This document shows, one piece after another, positions 1-12,755 of a stretch of 64,000 nt of DNA. This DNA comes from Azolla caroliniana. Taxonomy: Eukaryota > Plantae > Polypodiophyta. The notes beneath the pieces are model-generated. The model did not search any database, was not told the DNA's origin, and saw nothing but the letters and a program-made list of their open reading frames with translations. Made by a program: the position numbers and the translations under genes. The DNA is taken from the NCBI GenBank assembly GCA_043228905.1, contig JBHGNT010000017.1:4464001-4528000 (forward strand), written 5' to 3'. Each line of letters opens with the position of its first letter. The stretch's first letter is position 1.

Positions 1-1445
1 CTCCCGCTCAGTTGTGGAATAGTTACGCTCTGCTGTTAACAATTTATGACTCGCGTAGTATACTGGCCTGTACCATTTTGGTTCGGTGAGTTGCATTCGT
101 GCGCTTCCTATTGCTATGTCCGAGGCGTCGACGAACACATGGAATGGCTTTGCCCAAACTAGTGGTTGTACGACGGGAGCCTGTGTGAGCATTATCTTAA
201 GTGCCTCATAGGCCTTATCCTCCGTTGCAGTTCATTGGAAAGGAGTCTGATGTACGGCAGCGTGTAGCGGCGTGGCGAAGTCCGCCAAATACCGTATCAT
301 CCGACTATGCCACCGTATTTGTCCTAAAAACCGGCTAAGCGATTTGGCGTTTGTCGGAGTTTTGGTTTGGGTCGACCGCTTTTCCCTCTTTGCTGACTAT
401 GTGGCCTAGGAGAGTCCCGCTGGTCACGCCGAAAGCACATTTCGCGGGATTCAAGCTTAAGCATGCGGTGCGGCAACGTTCCAGGCACAGTCGTAAGTGC
501 GTAAAATGGTCTATTGTTTCCCCATATACCGCAAAGTCGTCTAGAAAAACTTGCATGAACGCCGGAATGTATTCCCCAGAGATCTCCGTAATCGTTCGTT
601 GAAATGTTGCCGGCGCTGTCTTTAGCCCGAGCATCATGACTACTACCACATAGACTCCCCAGTTCGTGACAAACGTCGTCTTCTCCTGGTCCTCGGGGTG
701 CATGCGTACCTGGTTATAGCCACTGAAGCCATCTAAGAAACTGTACATCTCATGGCCTGCGACGGGGTCCAGCATGCTATCGGTGAAGGGTAAGGGAAAT
801 GCGTCCGTAATGGTTACGACGTTTAATTTTCGGTAATCTACGCATACCCGTATTTTGCCGTTTTTCTTTGGAACGACCACTATCGGGCTTAGCCATGTCA
901 CTTGTTTAATTGGTCGTATGAACCCCGCCTTCAGGAGCTTGTCAATTTCTTCTTTCACCTGGGTCGCATAATTGGGGTTCATGCGGTAGCGGCGCTGCTG
1001 GACGGGTTTCGCATCAGTTGCTAAATTGATCTTATGCTGATAGAACTTGGGATCTAACCCCTTCATGTCCTCGTGAGCCCAAGCGAACACATCTTTATAT
1101 TCCGTGAGTAGTGCGATCATCGTGATTCTCTGGTCCGGCCTTAATTCCTTTGCGATGGAGAGGAACCGGGGCTCCGATTCCGTACCCACATTTACTTCCT
1201 CAAGAGCGGAAGTGGTGACTCTTCATGAAATCTCCATTTCCCTTTCGAATGCCGCCCGTGCTCTGCTGAGTTCCAAGATGGACTCTGGGTTTGGTTCGTA
1301 AGGCTAATCGTGGGAAATAATGGCCGTGGCATATTCTTCTGCGGTTGCTATGACATCTATTTCGAACAGCGGAATAATCCGAGGGTGTTCGTCGAGGTAC
1401 GCCTCCAATTCTGCATCCTCCACCCCAGCCAACATATTTATGTCC
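1..1445 (-). mobile_element. Ty3/gypsy (non-chromovirus, Athila/Tat-like) pol fragment: RT and start of RNase H, degenerate
   Basis: ORF 335-1189 has RT motifs (WLSPIVVVPKKNGKIRVCVDYRKLN, FLDGFSGYNQ, FLDDF). RNase H motif FHVFVDAS...RPVYYAS...ERNYS is readable at 1-160. Pol-like translation with stops extends to 1445, where a copia LTR begins. Confidence 0.9.
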
Positions 1446-1833
1446 TGAAAAGAATAGCATGCGGAAGCAGGTATGAAGACAGAACAGAGGAAGGAAACTC
1501 AGGTGCAATGGAGAGCTTAGGCTTACATGGTATACGTGGGAGAGACAGAGAGAGAAACACAAAAACTATATTTCACAATAATACTCAATCTCTGTGTACA
1601 TAAGACGTGCTCAGTGAGCACTTTTATACAAGTCCTAAAAGGACTGACCGAAGTACTGACAGTACTTCAATGCTCATCAAGAGCTCCAACACTAACTCCC
1701 AAATATATTCCTCACGGAATATCTTTCCTAACGGCCTCCCGGTGTACGCACTCGGCCTAACCGATCGGTCCCAACAGATCCGATCCTCGGCTTCTTCAGC
1801 CGATCCGGCCGATGTTGAGCTTGTCTCTCCACA
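1446..1833 (-). repeat. copia 3' LTR
   Basis: Direct repeat of 5823-6210; adjacent to the PPT. Confidence 0.95.
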
Positions 1834-2334
1834 CTCCCCCTCAAGCTCAACTTGAGGCTCTTCGGGATCTTCACAGCACCGGTTCCTCCTGGCTTCACGC
1901 CTCGCTCGCGCTCCTCGACCTGTTCGACTCCGTGCGCTTCGACCCTTCCGGTCGGCTTGTCTGCTCATGTGGCCCTCATCAGCTCTTCTGTTGTTGCGGT
2001 GTTGACGCTTCTTCTGCTGCCTTTTCTTTCGCTTGGGCCTCGGTTGATTCAGCCTGTCTGAATCAAACATCCGAACCGACTCGGCTACCTCCGATCGGTT
2101 TTCGCTCTCGTCCGAGTTGGCTGTCTCCAACTCGTCTTCGGTCTTCTCGCCCTCGATGGCGTCATCCTCCTCATGCGTGGTTGGCTTCGGCTCTCTCCGT
2201 CGGCTGCTCCCCTTCTGTCTGCTTCCGAACTTTTCCGTGGGTCCACCCTCGGCTTCTTCAGTCGATCCGATGTCGCCCTCGGCTTCTTCAGCCGATCCAT
2301 CTTCAACCGAGTCAACAAACGAGTCAACCGAGTC

Positions 2335-5300
2335 AAACGATGCCGCAAGCTGGAGCTTCACGCGGTCGATTTCACCTAGGTCGGCGCCGGTGATGACCAA
2401 GTCATCAACATACAGTAAAATACTAACCGGTCCGAGTCGACCTTTCCGGATGAACAGGGAAGAGTCCGATTTTGACGTGACGAAGCCCATCTGACACAGT
2501 TGTTGCGTGATCTTCGCGTTCCAGGCACGCGGGGCTTGCTTTAGTCCGTAAAGGGACTTCTTCAGTCGGCATATGGCCGAGGAGTTTGTTCCGAAGTGAA
2601 ATCCGGGGGCTGTACCATGTACACCTTTTCCTCAAGGTCACCTTGCAGGAACGCATTCTTTACATCCATCTGATGTAAGTGCCACCCCTTCGCCGCAGCT
2701 ACTGCCAGCAAAACACGGACGGTCGTCATTTTCGCGACCAACGCAAACGTCTCATCGTAGTCGATGCCGTGTTTCTGCGCGTAGCCCTTTGCCACTAGCC
2801 GAGCCTTGTACCGGTTGACCGAGCCATCAGTGTTGTACTTGACCTTGTACACCCACTTACACCCGATCGGCTTCACACCCTTCGGTGCGTCAACCAGGTC
2901 CCAGGTCTCGTTCTCCACCAATGCGTGCATCTCTTCCTCCATCGCGGCACGCCAATTCGCGTCTTTAGCCGCTTCTGCGTAGCTCTCCGGCTCACACACT
3001 TCCGCTACACGGGTCATGTACGCATAATGATGCGCCATGTACTCGTTGTAACCGAACCGCACAACTGGGTTCTTCTGGCGGGTAGATCGGCGTAATCTCA
3101 CATTAGCCGATGTCGAGGCCTTCTCGGTCGACGCGGTCTTTATCTTTGAAGACTTGTCATTGGTTTCCTCGGAGTTGGACTCGCGTCGGTCTGACTCATT
3201 CCTATCCGTGCCGGAATCCGACACCTTCTTCTTCCCTTTCTCTTTGCGCGTAAGCCGTCTCCTTGGCTTCCTGCGCGGGGAATGCACGGCCGAGTCTCCA
3301 CTACTCGCCAACTCTTCATCGGACTGGTCGTACCGACTCAGTTGTCCAATCGGTCCACTTAACCGGAGTGAAATCGGACTCTCTTCGCGGGTCTCGATTT
3401 CGGGCTCATCCGGAGGCATCTCGGCCTCGCTGACCTCATCGTCAGGTCTTGTATTGGAGTCGGGGTTCCGAGGCGAGGGCAGGTACCAGGACGCGGACTC
3501 GTCAAACACAACGTCGCGGCTGACACGCGCTTGTTTGGTGCGAGGGTTATTGCACTTATAACCCTTCTGCTCGTCCGAGTAACCGACCAAGATGCACTTC
3601 TCGGCCTTTGCGTCCAGCTTCCTCCTTTTCTCCTTCGGTACATGCACATACGCAATGCTACCGAACACCCTCAAGTGTCGCAAGTTCGGCTTCGTTCCGA
3701 AATATAGCTCGTGCGCCGACACTTTGTCTCCAATCCGGTTCTGGATGTATACCGCGGTCCTTACCGCCTCGGCCCAGTAGAACTTGGGCAAGCTCTTCTC
3801 CTCCAGCATTGCCCGTGCCGCTTCCACAATCAACCGATTCTTTCTCTCGGCCACGCCGTTCTGCTCTGGCGTGTATCTACAACTGAATTCGCGGCGAATT
3901 CCCATTTGTTGTAGGTAACCGTTGAATTGACCGGAAAAGTACTCTTTCCTGCCATCCGACCGCAGGCACTTGATCTTTCGTCCCGTTTCCGTTTCCACGA
4001 ACTCCTTGAGGTCCCGGAAACAGTCGAAGACTTCGCTCTTCCTCTCAATGAGGTAGATCCACATGTGCCGCGTGTGGTTGTCGATGAAGGAGACGAAATA
4101 TCGGCTCCCGCCAAGACTAACGTTTTGTGCTGGCCCCCACACATCCGAGTGTATAAGGTCGAGCTTGTTCCGGCTCCGGTTTCGCTCGTTGGGGAAAGGA
4201 AGTCGGTGTTGCTTCCTGAGCTGGCAGGCTTCACAAATTTGTGCCTTTCGGCCACTAAATTTGGGCAATCCGAACACTACCTGTTTTGTTTGCAGATCTT
4301 GAAGCCGCTGGTAGTTGACATGGCCTATCCGCTTGTGCCACAAGTCGATGTCCGACTCGGTCTTTTGTCCCTTCGCGAACATTGCGGTGCCGCCGTCAGT
4401 GGAGTCGAGGATGAACATCCTCCCGTCTTTGCGCCCTTGCGCAATCACACGGCCTTCTTCCTCAATGAAGCACCCGAGGTGTGTAAACCGAACCTCCATC
4501 CCTTGGTCGACGATCTGTCCGACCGAGACCAACTTCTTCGTGATTGTCGGAACGTGCAGCACGTTCTTGAGTTTCCCTTTCTGCCCGACATGGCTAAGGG
4601 GAACTTCTCCGACATTCGCGATCGGATGCGGAGTGTCGTCTCCTATTGCGACTACTCCCGGTTGTATCGGTTTTTCAAGGTACGAGAACCACTCCTTATG
4701 GCTCGTCATGTGGTTTGACGTGCCGGAGTCTACGTACCACACCTCGTCCGATTTCGGGGTGCTCTCTTTCATTGAGTTTGCTTCGTGTCTCGTCACGAAG
4801 ACAGACCCTTCTCCGGCTCTCCCGGAGTCTTCAGCGTAGTGCGATCGTTGCCGATTTCCCTTGTCGGTATGTCTGGAGCCGTTCCCGGAACCAATTCTCT
4901 CCGAATCGGCGTGCTTCTTCCAGCACTCACTTTCCCTGTGGCCTTTCTTGCCACAGTACCAGCACTCCGCGATGGACTTCCCTTGCCGGTTCTCATCGCT
5001 TCGACTCCCCCTGTTTCCGGAGGGTCCGGAGTTGCTGTCGGCATCACTTCGGTGCCTTCTTTCTTGATCTCGTCGGCCGGCTCCATTGCGTGCCGACTCA
5101 CCTCGTCCTCCACGTCCACGGGGCCTATCTCCCTCTGTGTCCAACATTCTGCTGTCGGTGTGCGTGCTTGTAGACGCACCCGCGTGGTTCTCCTCTACCA
5201 GGAGCATCGACTATAAGTCAAAAAAGGACGGCGTATTCTCCCGGGTACACACAGCCGTTCGGAACGCTCCGAACTTCGACGCCAAACCTCCGAGACAGAT

Positions 5301-5750
5301 CTGGACCATCTCACTCTCCTCGATGTTCACCTCTATGGAGGGGAGGGAGTCGCAGATATCCTTGATCTTCGAGGTATAGTCCGCCACCGACAAGTCGCGT
5401 TGTCGTAGGTTGCTCAACTGCTGTCGGAGCTGAAGCTTCCTGGCTGTGGTGCTCGCGGCGAAAATCTTCTTCAGATTTTCCCACGCACCCTTCGGCGTCT
5501 TTGCATCCCGAACATAGCTCAATAGTTGTTCGCCCACACACGACGCGAAGCAGTATAGTACCCTGCTCGCTGATTGCTCCCACGACGGGAAGTCTCTGTG
5601 TGTCGATTCGGGTGCCGCGTCATTAGCTCCTTCGACATAACTCCAATAGCTGTGGCCGAGCAGGTACTGGTGCATCTTGTAGGACCAAGACGCGTAGTTG
5701 GTTCTGTCGAGCTTCTCTGTTGGAAGCGAGATCGCCATGCCTCTATCCAT
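2335..5750 (-). pseudogene. copia gag-pol pseudogene (Gag, CCHC knuckle, protease, GAG-pre-integrase, integrase, RT)
   Basis: Gag ORF 5211-5750 ends in a premature TAG. ORF 2562-5207 has [42 protein letters not shown] and YKARLVAKG. Frameshift near 2600; the YVDD-containing RT end is in ORF 1624-2490 and stops abruptly at about 2335. Confidence 0.93.
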
Positions 5751-5810
5751 CGTTCTTCTTGTTCTTCTTCGTCAAGTTGTGTCGGCTGCAGAGAGGTTCT
5801 CAACCCTCGC

Positions 5811-5822
5811 GCTCTGATACCA
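5811..5822 (-). promoter_or_regulatory. primer binding site (tRNA-iMet)
   Basis: TGGTATCAGAGC directly after the 5' LTR. Confidence 0.92.
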
Positions 5823-6210
5823 TGAAAAGAATAGCGTGCGGAAGCAGGTATGAAGACAGAACAGAGGAAGGAAACTCAGGTTCAATGGAGAGCTTAGGCT
5901 TACATGGTATACGTGGGAGAGACAGAGAGAGAAACACAAAAACTATATTTCACAATAATACTCAATCTCTGTGTACATAAGACGTGCTCAGTGAGCACTT
6001 TTATACAAGTCCTAAAAGGACTGACCGAAGTACTGACAGTACTTCAATGCTCATCAAGAGCTCCTACACTAACTCCCAAATATATTCCTCACGGAATATC
6101 TCTCCTAACGGCCTCCCGGTGTACGCACTCGGCCTAACCGATCGGTCCCAACCGATCCGGTCCTCGGCTTCTTCATCCGATCCGGTCGATGTTGAGCTTG
6201 TCTCTCAACA
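5823..6210 (-). repeat. copia 5' LTR
   Basis: Direct repeat of 1446-1833; followed by the PBS. Confidence 0.95.
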
Positions 6211-7922
6211 ATAACATGGTCGTGTCAAGAGTTCGAATCTTGACATTGCTCCTCCTGGTGTGAGCCCACACAAAGCCCTAATGCGATTGTAGCTTGAGTA
6301 ATTGCACCTGACGTGAGGACGCACCCGTCGATGGCTTCAACGGGAATGGGTTTTGAGAGGCCAACGACAGGTACGCCATGTGCTTGGGCAAATGCGATGT
6401 CGATGAAGCAAGAAGATGCCCCAGAATCAAGTAAAGCAACATACTTAATGGAACTAGAGTTAAATGAAAGCCATACCTCCAATGTGAAATTGCCTGATCG
6501 TCCGGCAATGGAACCAAGAGAATGTGGGCGAGGGGAGATGTCCAGTTGCATGGCTCCTACTACAACCGAATGATGTCGTTTTCCAGATGTTGGGGTCCAT
6601 TAGCTCGATGGAATTGTGGGCGATTACTCCTAGGACAATGGCGAATAACATGACCGGAGGCGCCACAATATGTCATGCACAAGCCATTAGCCTGCCAAAA
6701 TTGTCGTTCGGCATCAGGTAATGGCCGAAATCGGGCTTGATCAATTTCCATGGGGACAGGAGCATCTCCCAAAGTAGGGGAGTGTGATGTAGTCTGTGGG
6801 GGGGATGGTTGGGGTTGTATGACCGGGGCATGTTATGGAAGTGAATGAGGTGGAACCCAAGTTCGGCGCTCTTCCTGGCAAAATTCGAAAAGACGATTGC
6901 CAAAATGGACTGCTTGTGAAATCGCTTGGGATAACGAGGTGGGCTCCAAAAAGTTTAAGAGAAGATTCTTGACATTGCTTCGAAGGTCACGCCGAAAGTG
7001 ATAAACTAAAGCTTGATCATCCCAATTGACGTCGCATGCTAGTTGTCGAAATTCTGAAGCATAGACCGAAGTTGGATGCGAACCTTGTTCAAGTGCATAA
7101 ATCTTGTTAAGAGTTGTACGTCGTCGGTCCGTCTCTCCAAATGTGGCCTCTAACTCGGCGAGGAAGGCAGGGAAGTCCTCCAATAGAGGTGAAGAGGTTT
7201 CTACCAATGGTGCAAACCAAGCTTGGGCCGGACCAGAGAGAAGGGTGCCCACCAGGCCGACTTGTCGAAGACCATCTCCATAACGTTGAGGTTGTAGCCG
7301 AATGATAAGTCAAACTTGGTTGATGAACCCTCGGAAACGCGACCTCGTTCCATCAAATTTTTCTGGGAGGCTAACCTTAGGCTCAAGAAAATGAGACGAA
7401 GCTAGGCTAGATGTTGGTAGAAGATCGGGCTCTAGGCTAGATTGCTGTGGAAGACTAGGCTTCGGGGGTTGTGAGGATAGGGAGGCACCGACTTGAAGTT
7501 CTTGTAAAGAATTTCGAAGAGCTTCATTTTCAAGTTGGAGTTGTCGTAAGGCTACCATTATTTGGCCTAACTCACTAGTTGAGTCGGACATAGCTATGGC
7601 TTATGAGAGGGAGAGCTATGAGGATGGGAAGGTGAACAAACTGTCATGGATGGATCATAAGCTCAAGAGACAAGAAAGAAGATAGACAAATGGATGAGTA
7701 GTACATGGCATGCATAATTGTTGCACGCATGTGAATCTACAATAGAGCATGTAGGTATGCATGCATGTGCCAAGTGTAAATACTACAAGGGAGCAACTAT
7801 GCACATGATGCTAGCAAAAAAATAAGCACCAATTACATACATAACTGTGTACTAGATATATAATTGGTTAACCCATGATACTAGATTATAACATGGTCGT
7901 GTCAACAGTTCGAATCTTGACA
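6211..7922 (-). mobile_element. Chromovirus-type (Tcn1/sushi-like) Ty3/gypsy remnant: 5' LTR, gag, protease, then a 34-bp piece of a second LTR
   Basis: LTR 7642-7922 (TGTCA...TGACA). Gag fragments 6560-7591 (PEKFDGTRSRFRGF, LSGPAQAWF, YASEFRQLA, PVPMEID, CxxCxxxxHxxxxC-like knuckle). Protease ALLDSGAS in 6225-6551. 6211-6244 matches the LTR end 7889-7922 with one mismatch. Confidence 0.85.
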
Positions 7923-9301
7923 GTATGCCGGTATGGGTGTGTAGGGAAGATCATGGCTAACTAGGGAGAGCTAGATCTACAGGAAGCAAAAGAGTTGTTT
8001 GGACGACTAGGGGTTAAGCTCTCCCTCACTACGGCATACAACTCGTAGCCTAACAGGAAGGTGAAGCGCGGGCACAGACCGATCGTAAAAGCGTTGGTGC
8101 ATGCATGCAGAGGACAAGTCGGGAATTGGCCGCGGCTTCTGCCTTATGCGTTATGGGCAGACCGAACTACGCATATTTTGGTAACCAGGTTCATGCCGGC
8201 GGAGCTGATGTACGAGTAGAAGCCGGTCATGCCGATTGAACGGACGATCTCCTCATGGGCCGCGATCAACTGGAGAGACGAGATGAGTCGGGAAGAGCTA
8301 TTGGTGGCGCAGATTTGACAGCTCGAGTAAAGACCGGAGGACGTGGAGCGGGCAAAGGCGAAGCTGCATACGGCAAGGCAAAGGAACAAAGGACAGTTTG
8401 ACCGAACATACCGGCTACGGCCGGAGAAGATCGAGGAAGGCAACGGGGTGCTGGTTTATGACATCAGCCTCGACAATCACCACAAGGCGACGTGGAAGTT
8501 TGCGAGGAGGTGGTTCGGACCCTACACTGTAACAACTGCAAACGACAACGGTACTTACCACTTTGTGGAGCTCGAGCGGACGCGGATAGCGGTGCCGGTA
8601 ACTGGGAAGAGGATCAAGGCTTTCAAGAAGTGGCACAAGACGAGCCGGACTCGAGAAGCGAGGGCGACGATGACAACTGGCTCAGAGCGGATGAAGTTTC
8701 GGAGCGCGAAGGGTAACGCGAGCCGGTTTTCTCCAGCATTTGTCCCTCTCTCGCGCATGCAGGTGGATGCGCAGTTTGGTGGGGGTGGATGTCGTGAAGA
8801 AAACCGGCCTTAGGCAGAATTGGTGAAAAAGGCACAAGAACCGGCCCTTATGCGCGGGCACAAGCATTGATAGGGAGTACATAATTAGGAATAGGTAGGT
8901 TGATGAGAATATCCTAGGAAGATTATATTAATAGGCTAGTGAATCGAAGCGGATATATGTCCGAAGGGACAAAGAATAAAAGTGATGTGACCAGGGTGTA
9001 ACAGTCCCTCCTCGACGGCCTATAAAAGGGAAGGGAAGAAGACTGAGAAGGGTATCATGTTTTTGGCTAGGAGGAGGTGCTACCGGACTGGGAACTGAGC
9101 TCTCTCCTCCTCTATCGTTGTTCTCTGTAGGATTTCTGAGTTGGTTGCCTCTGCTTCCAGGAAAGTAGTGTGCCTTCCGGCAAGGCTCTACTATGTGTGC
9201 ATGGGTGTGTGATTGTCTGGGTTGGGTCTGTCGCCGGCTATCCGGGTGTAATCTTGCAAACAGTGAAATCTTTACTATTATTGTAATCGAATCTCTTGTT
9301 T

Positions 9302-9341
<40 letters not shown>

Positions 9342-9551
9342 CTATGAGTCTCTCTTTTACGTGAATGTGCGTCTTGTTCCGATACGCATAGTGGATCATT
9401 TAGCCGGCAAGCGCTGCTAGTTGCAAACGGGCCTAACCGGCCTACGCTTGCACTCTTCTCCCGCTCCACCTCCTTCTCTTTCTCTTGCTCCTCGGTTCAG
9501 GGCCCCCGCGGTCCCGCCTTATTTCCTACATGAAAGCAGAACAACACGACA
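7923..9551 (+). mobile_element. 3' part of a Ty3/gypsy element of the TGTCG/Trp-PBS family: degenerate integrase, PPT, 762-bp 3' LTR (8790-9551)
   Basis: VCRYGCVG, LPYALWADRTT and RRWFGPY motifs homologous to the integrase at 47526-48740. PPT GTTTGGTGGGGGTGGA. LTR TGTCGTG...CACGACA with TATAAAA near 9021 and (TG)n at about 9305-9339. Confidence 0.9.
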
Positions 9552-12351
9552 CCAGTATGAGTTTTACTTGTACAAACACATAGCATGATATAAATTATAA
9601 AAAAGAAAATCCACTAAATAAGTGTAATTATAGCCTATTGACTGAGTAATTGGTCTTTTCTCCAATGGTCAGACCCTCCTTTTGTCTTTTTCTATACAAT
9701 TCCCATTTTCTCTGGCCTTTTTTGACCCATTGCACAAGTGTCAATTCCTCTGACAACATATCCATTATCTCCTCCTCCACTAGAGGCTCAGTGGAAACTT
9801 TTTTTTTCCTTAAAAGATACGCCTTGGTATTATGAAATCATAAGAAATACAAAAGTTGTGTTGGATAAACAAATATACCAACCGATTCCCTTGTACTCTC
9901 ATCATAGCCGATTTGTTGAGCATAGCTAGCTATAAGGGCTGATCAAGCAAACACATATCGAAGATGAAGGTATTCAAGTACTTTTCTTGCTTTCTGAAGC
10001 GTACCATAGGTAACATACATATGAACCAAAGTAGTGGCAAGAAACATTATTCTCCAACAATTTCGTTTTCATGACCTCATCATGAATGTAGAGCAAGACC
10101 TTCACTTCGCATTCATTCGTAGATGGAGGCTCACTGGCAACTTGCTTCACTAACTACTCCAAAAGAGGAGGGTCAGGTTCTACAGGATCAATTTCTACAG
10201 GTTCTACAATGTTTCAAGGTCAAAGGACTAAAAGAACTATTGTATCAAGTGTTTGGAATCATGCACTTGGTCGACAATATCATTATTCTGGGTAGTGTTG
10301 CCTTGTTTAATGCACACTTCCACATGTAAAGAATTAAATTGATTTGAAGGAGATGATTGGGCAAGACTCTTAGTCTCAGCCACATCTCAAAAATCAAATA
10401 ATTGGTTGTAGTGTTAGCCCAACCAGACACATCATCTTTGCGAGTAATTCCTGAACACCAATTGAAACACATCTTTTTTTATATGAGAAAGTGACTTTCT
10501 TGAAACCTTCCCATTTACATTCTAATATGGCACCATGTTGTACCTTTGACATTTATAACATATCCTCACCCATCTTTGAATACATGGGCACACATTTTAA
10601 GGCTTATGCTTAAATACGGTTGCTTAGTAACTTCAATGGTCTTCTCACACTCCAACATTCTATCGTGGAATAATCCAAGGCGAGAAAAGAAAAAAGAAGA
10701 CATGATAACAATTAACCAGCTATCTTGGAGCCACATTCCATCGCACACAAAAAAAAACAGTCCTTTAGAAACCTTCCAGAATGCAAGGAGGCACAATCAA
10801 TCAACATCATATACATTAACAAACATGAAAGGGATATAGCTTATGCTTTCCATGATGTGGGATTCCTATCAACCATATGAGTCCTATTTATTTTAAAGGA
10901 CACAAAAGCACATATTTTTTGAGAATGCTCAAGATTTTTACCAGGCTTGTGCTAGCACGAGGAAAAGTCAAAACAACATGAAACGACCTGATCAATAGTG
11001 CACAAAAGATCACTGAAGATGGAAGTAGTCAAGTAAGAGAAAAAGTGGACATAGTGAATCCATCCACAAAGAACATTCAACCATGATTTGTCTCAACCCC
11101 TCAATGGAGGAAAGCCTCTCAAGCAAGATGCAACAATGACATCCAATCCACCAAAATTAACTCAACTAAGACCATGAAGGTCTCATGAGGCAAGTTTTTA
11201 CAATGATTTTCCTTTTTGCCCATTTTGGGTTTTCAGGTTCACCCACCTAATGGTTGAGGCAACTTGACTTTTGAGCTATGTATTTTGGTATGCCCATGTT
11301 ACTAGCATTGTACCAAGTGGTTTATCACTTAAGTTGGAGTTTTTGTCAAGTCAACTATATGTTAAAATATGAATTTAGTTAATGAGAGCCCTTTTATACT
11401 CTCCAATCATGTTATTGTATGCTATACTATTCCATTAATCAAAATTTATAGTTATTTATGTTCCTTATATCCTAATTAAATACGAATTTACAGTTACTAT
11501 TCTTGGGTACTTCATGGGCCAATTTTGGTCTTAGAAGAAGTTAATATTTCTTTCTTTCTTTCGTTCTTATATCCTAATTAAGTATTTCTTCTATGCTTAT
11601 TACTCTGTGATTGCTCTAAGTGTTACTCATTCTAATGAACCACATTTTCGGGACATTTTCGGTTTGACTCATCACAATGATAATGTGGAGAGTGTCTCAA
11701 CTCTTAGGTTGATTTATGCATTGAATTCTCCCTTCTATTGAGTATTACATTACTAGTTTCATCATTACGTGAAACCCCCACCACACCCCATAAGATAACA
11801 CTCTCTTCTTGATCATTTTCTTCTTAATTTCCTCGTCTCCATTTTTGACATTATCACTCTCATCGACTATTATAATGTAATTGAACTTATTTTCTATGTG
11901 ATCTAATTTGTAACTCAACAACATTATAGGCATCACAATTTCGAAGAAGTGTTATTCGTGAAACCCTCTTAACAACCAATATGGACATAGCTTGGGGAAC
12001 CAAGTTTAGAAGCTATTGTTAATGGATTTCAAGGTAGGATAAATGGGAGTCATATACCCAAAGATTTGAGAAAACCTAAGGATCATGGACACATGACAAT
12101 GTGTACCCTAAGGAGTTCTGCCATAGAGTGCACAACTAGCTAACCAATTCAACATGTCATCTTGGAGACACTATAAGGACATTATATCAACTTTGTACTT
12201 CAAAATCTATCGTTTGGCTAGCTATAATTGGTGTGATCGTAGAGTTATTTATGCTTTTTGTCACCAGTTCAATCACATTGTCAAGAGGAAAACACATATG
12301 TTTACTTCAAGTTTGTCCAATTCTAAGTACAAAAAAGAACCATTACTATGA

Positions 12352-12430
12352 TTCAAAACAAATCACCATGAACCACCATTCTATCCAAAACAAATCACCA
12401 TGAACCACCTCATATCCAAAACAAACACCA
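12352..12430. repeat. short ~31-bp tandem repeat (about 2.5 copies)
   Basis: CAAAACAAATCACCATGAACCACC repeated. Confidence 0.6.
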
Positions 12431-12640
12431 AGAATGACTGGTAATTAGTTATACAATATCAATATCCACAAATTAGTGGACCATTATGATTGAGGGTATA
12501 CTAAACAAGAATACATTTATTATACTACATTATTCATAATTTACTCCATTGTCGAACATTGACCAATGTAGGAAACACAAAAATGCATATTATGAGGCCA
12601 TAATGACGTAATAGTAATCACAAAATCATGCAAATTCCCA

Positions 12641-12755
12641 TTCAATCTCATTGATAGGCTCCCATCTAGGAATCAACAATGGTTTGGTTTTGCAAACTCT
12701 TGTTCAATCTCATTGATAAGCTCCCATCAAGGAATTGACAATGGTTCGGTTTTGG
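12641..12755. repeat. ~62-bp direct duplication
   Basis: TTCAATCTCATTGATARGCTCCCATCWAGGAATYRACAATGGTTYGGTTTTG occurs twice. Confidence 0.65.

Larger units (their letters stand above)
1446..6210 (-). mobile_element. Ty1/copia LTR retrotransposon with two 388-bp LTRs; defective (stop, frameshift, RNase H deleted)
   Basis: LTRs 1446-1833 and 5823-6210 (TG...CA, 9 mismatches counted). tRNA-iMet PBS TGGTATCAGAGC at 5811-5822 (-). PPT AGGGGGAG at 1834-1841 (-). Domain order gag, protease, integrase, RT. Confidence 0.97.

Noticed and set aside
1624-2334. Possible env-like or extra ORF after copia RT
   Set aside because: Low-complexity charged translation running into the LTR, created by the deletion; no TM segment or recognisable domain.
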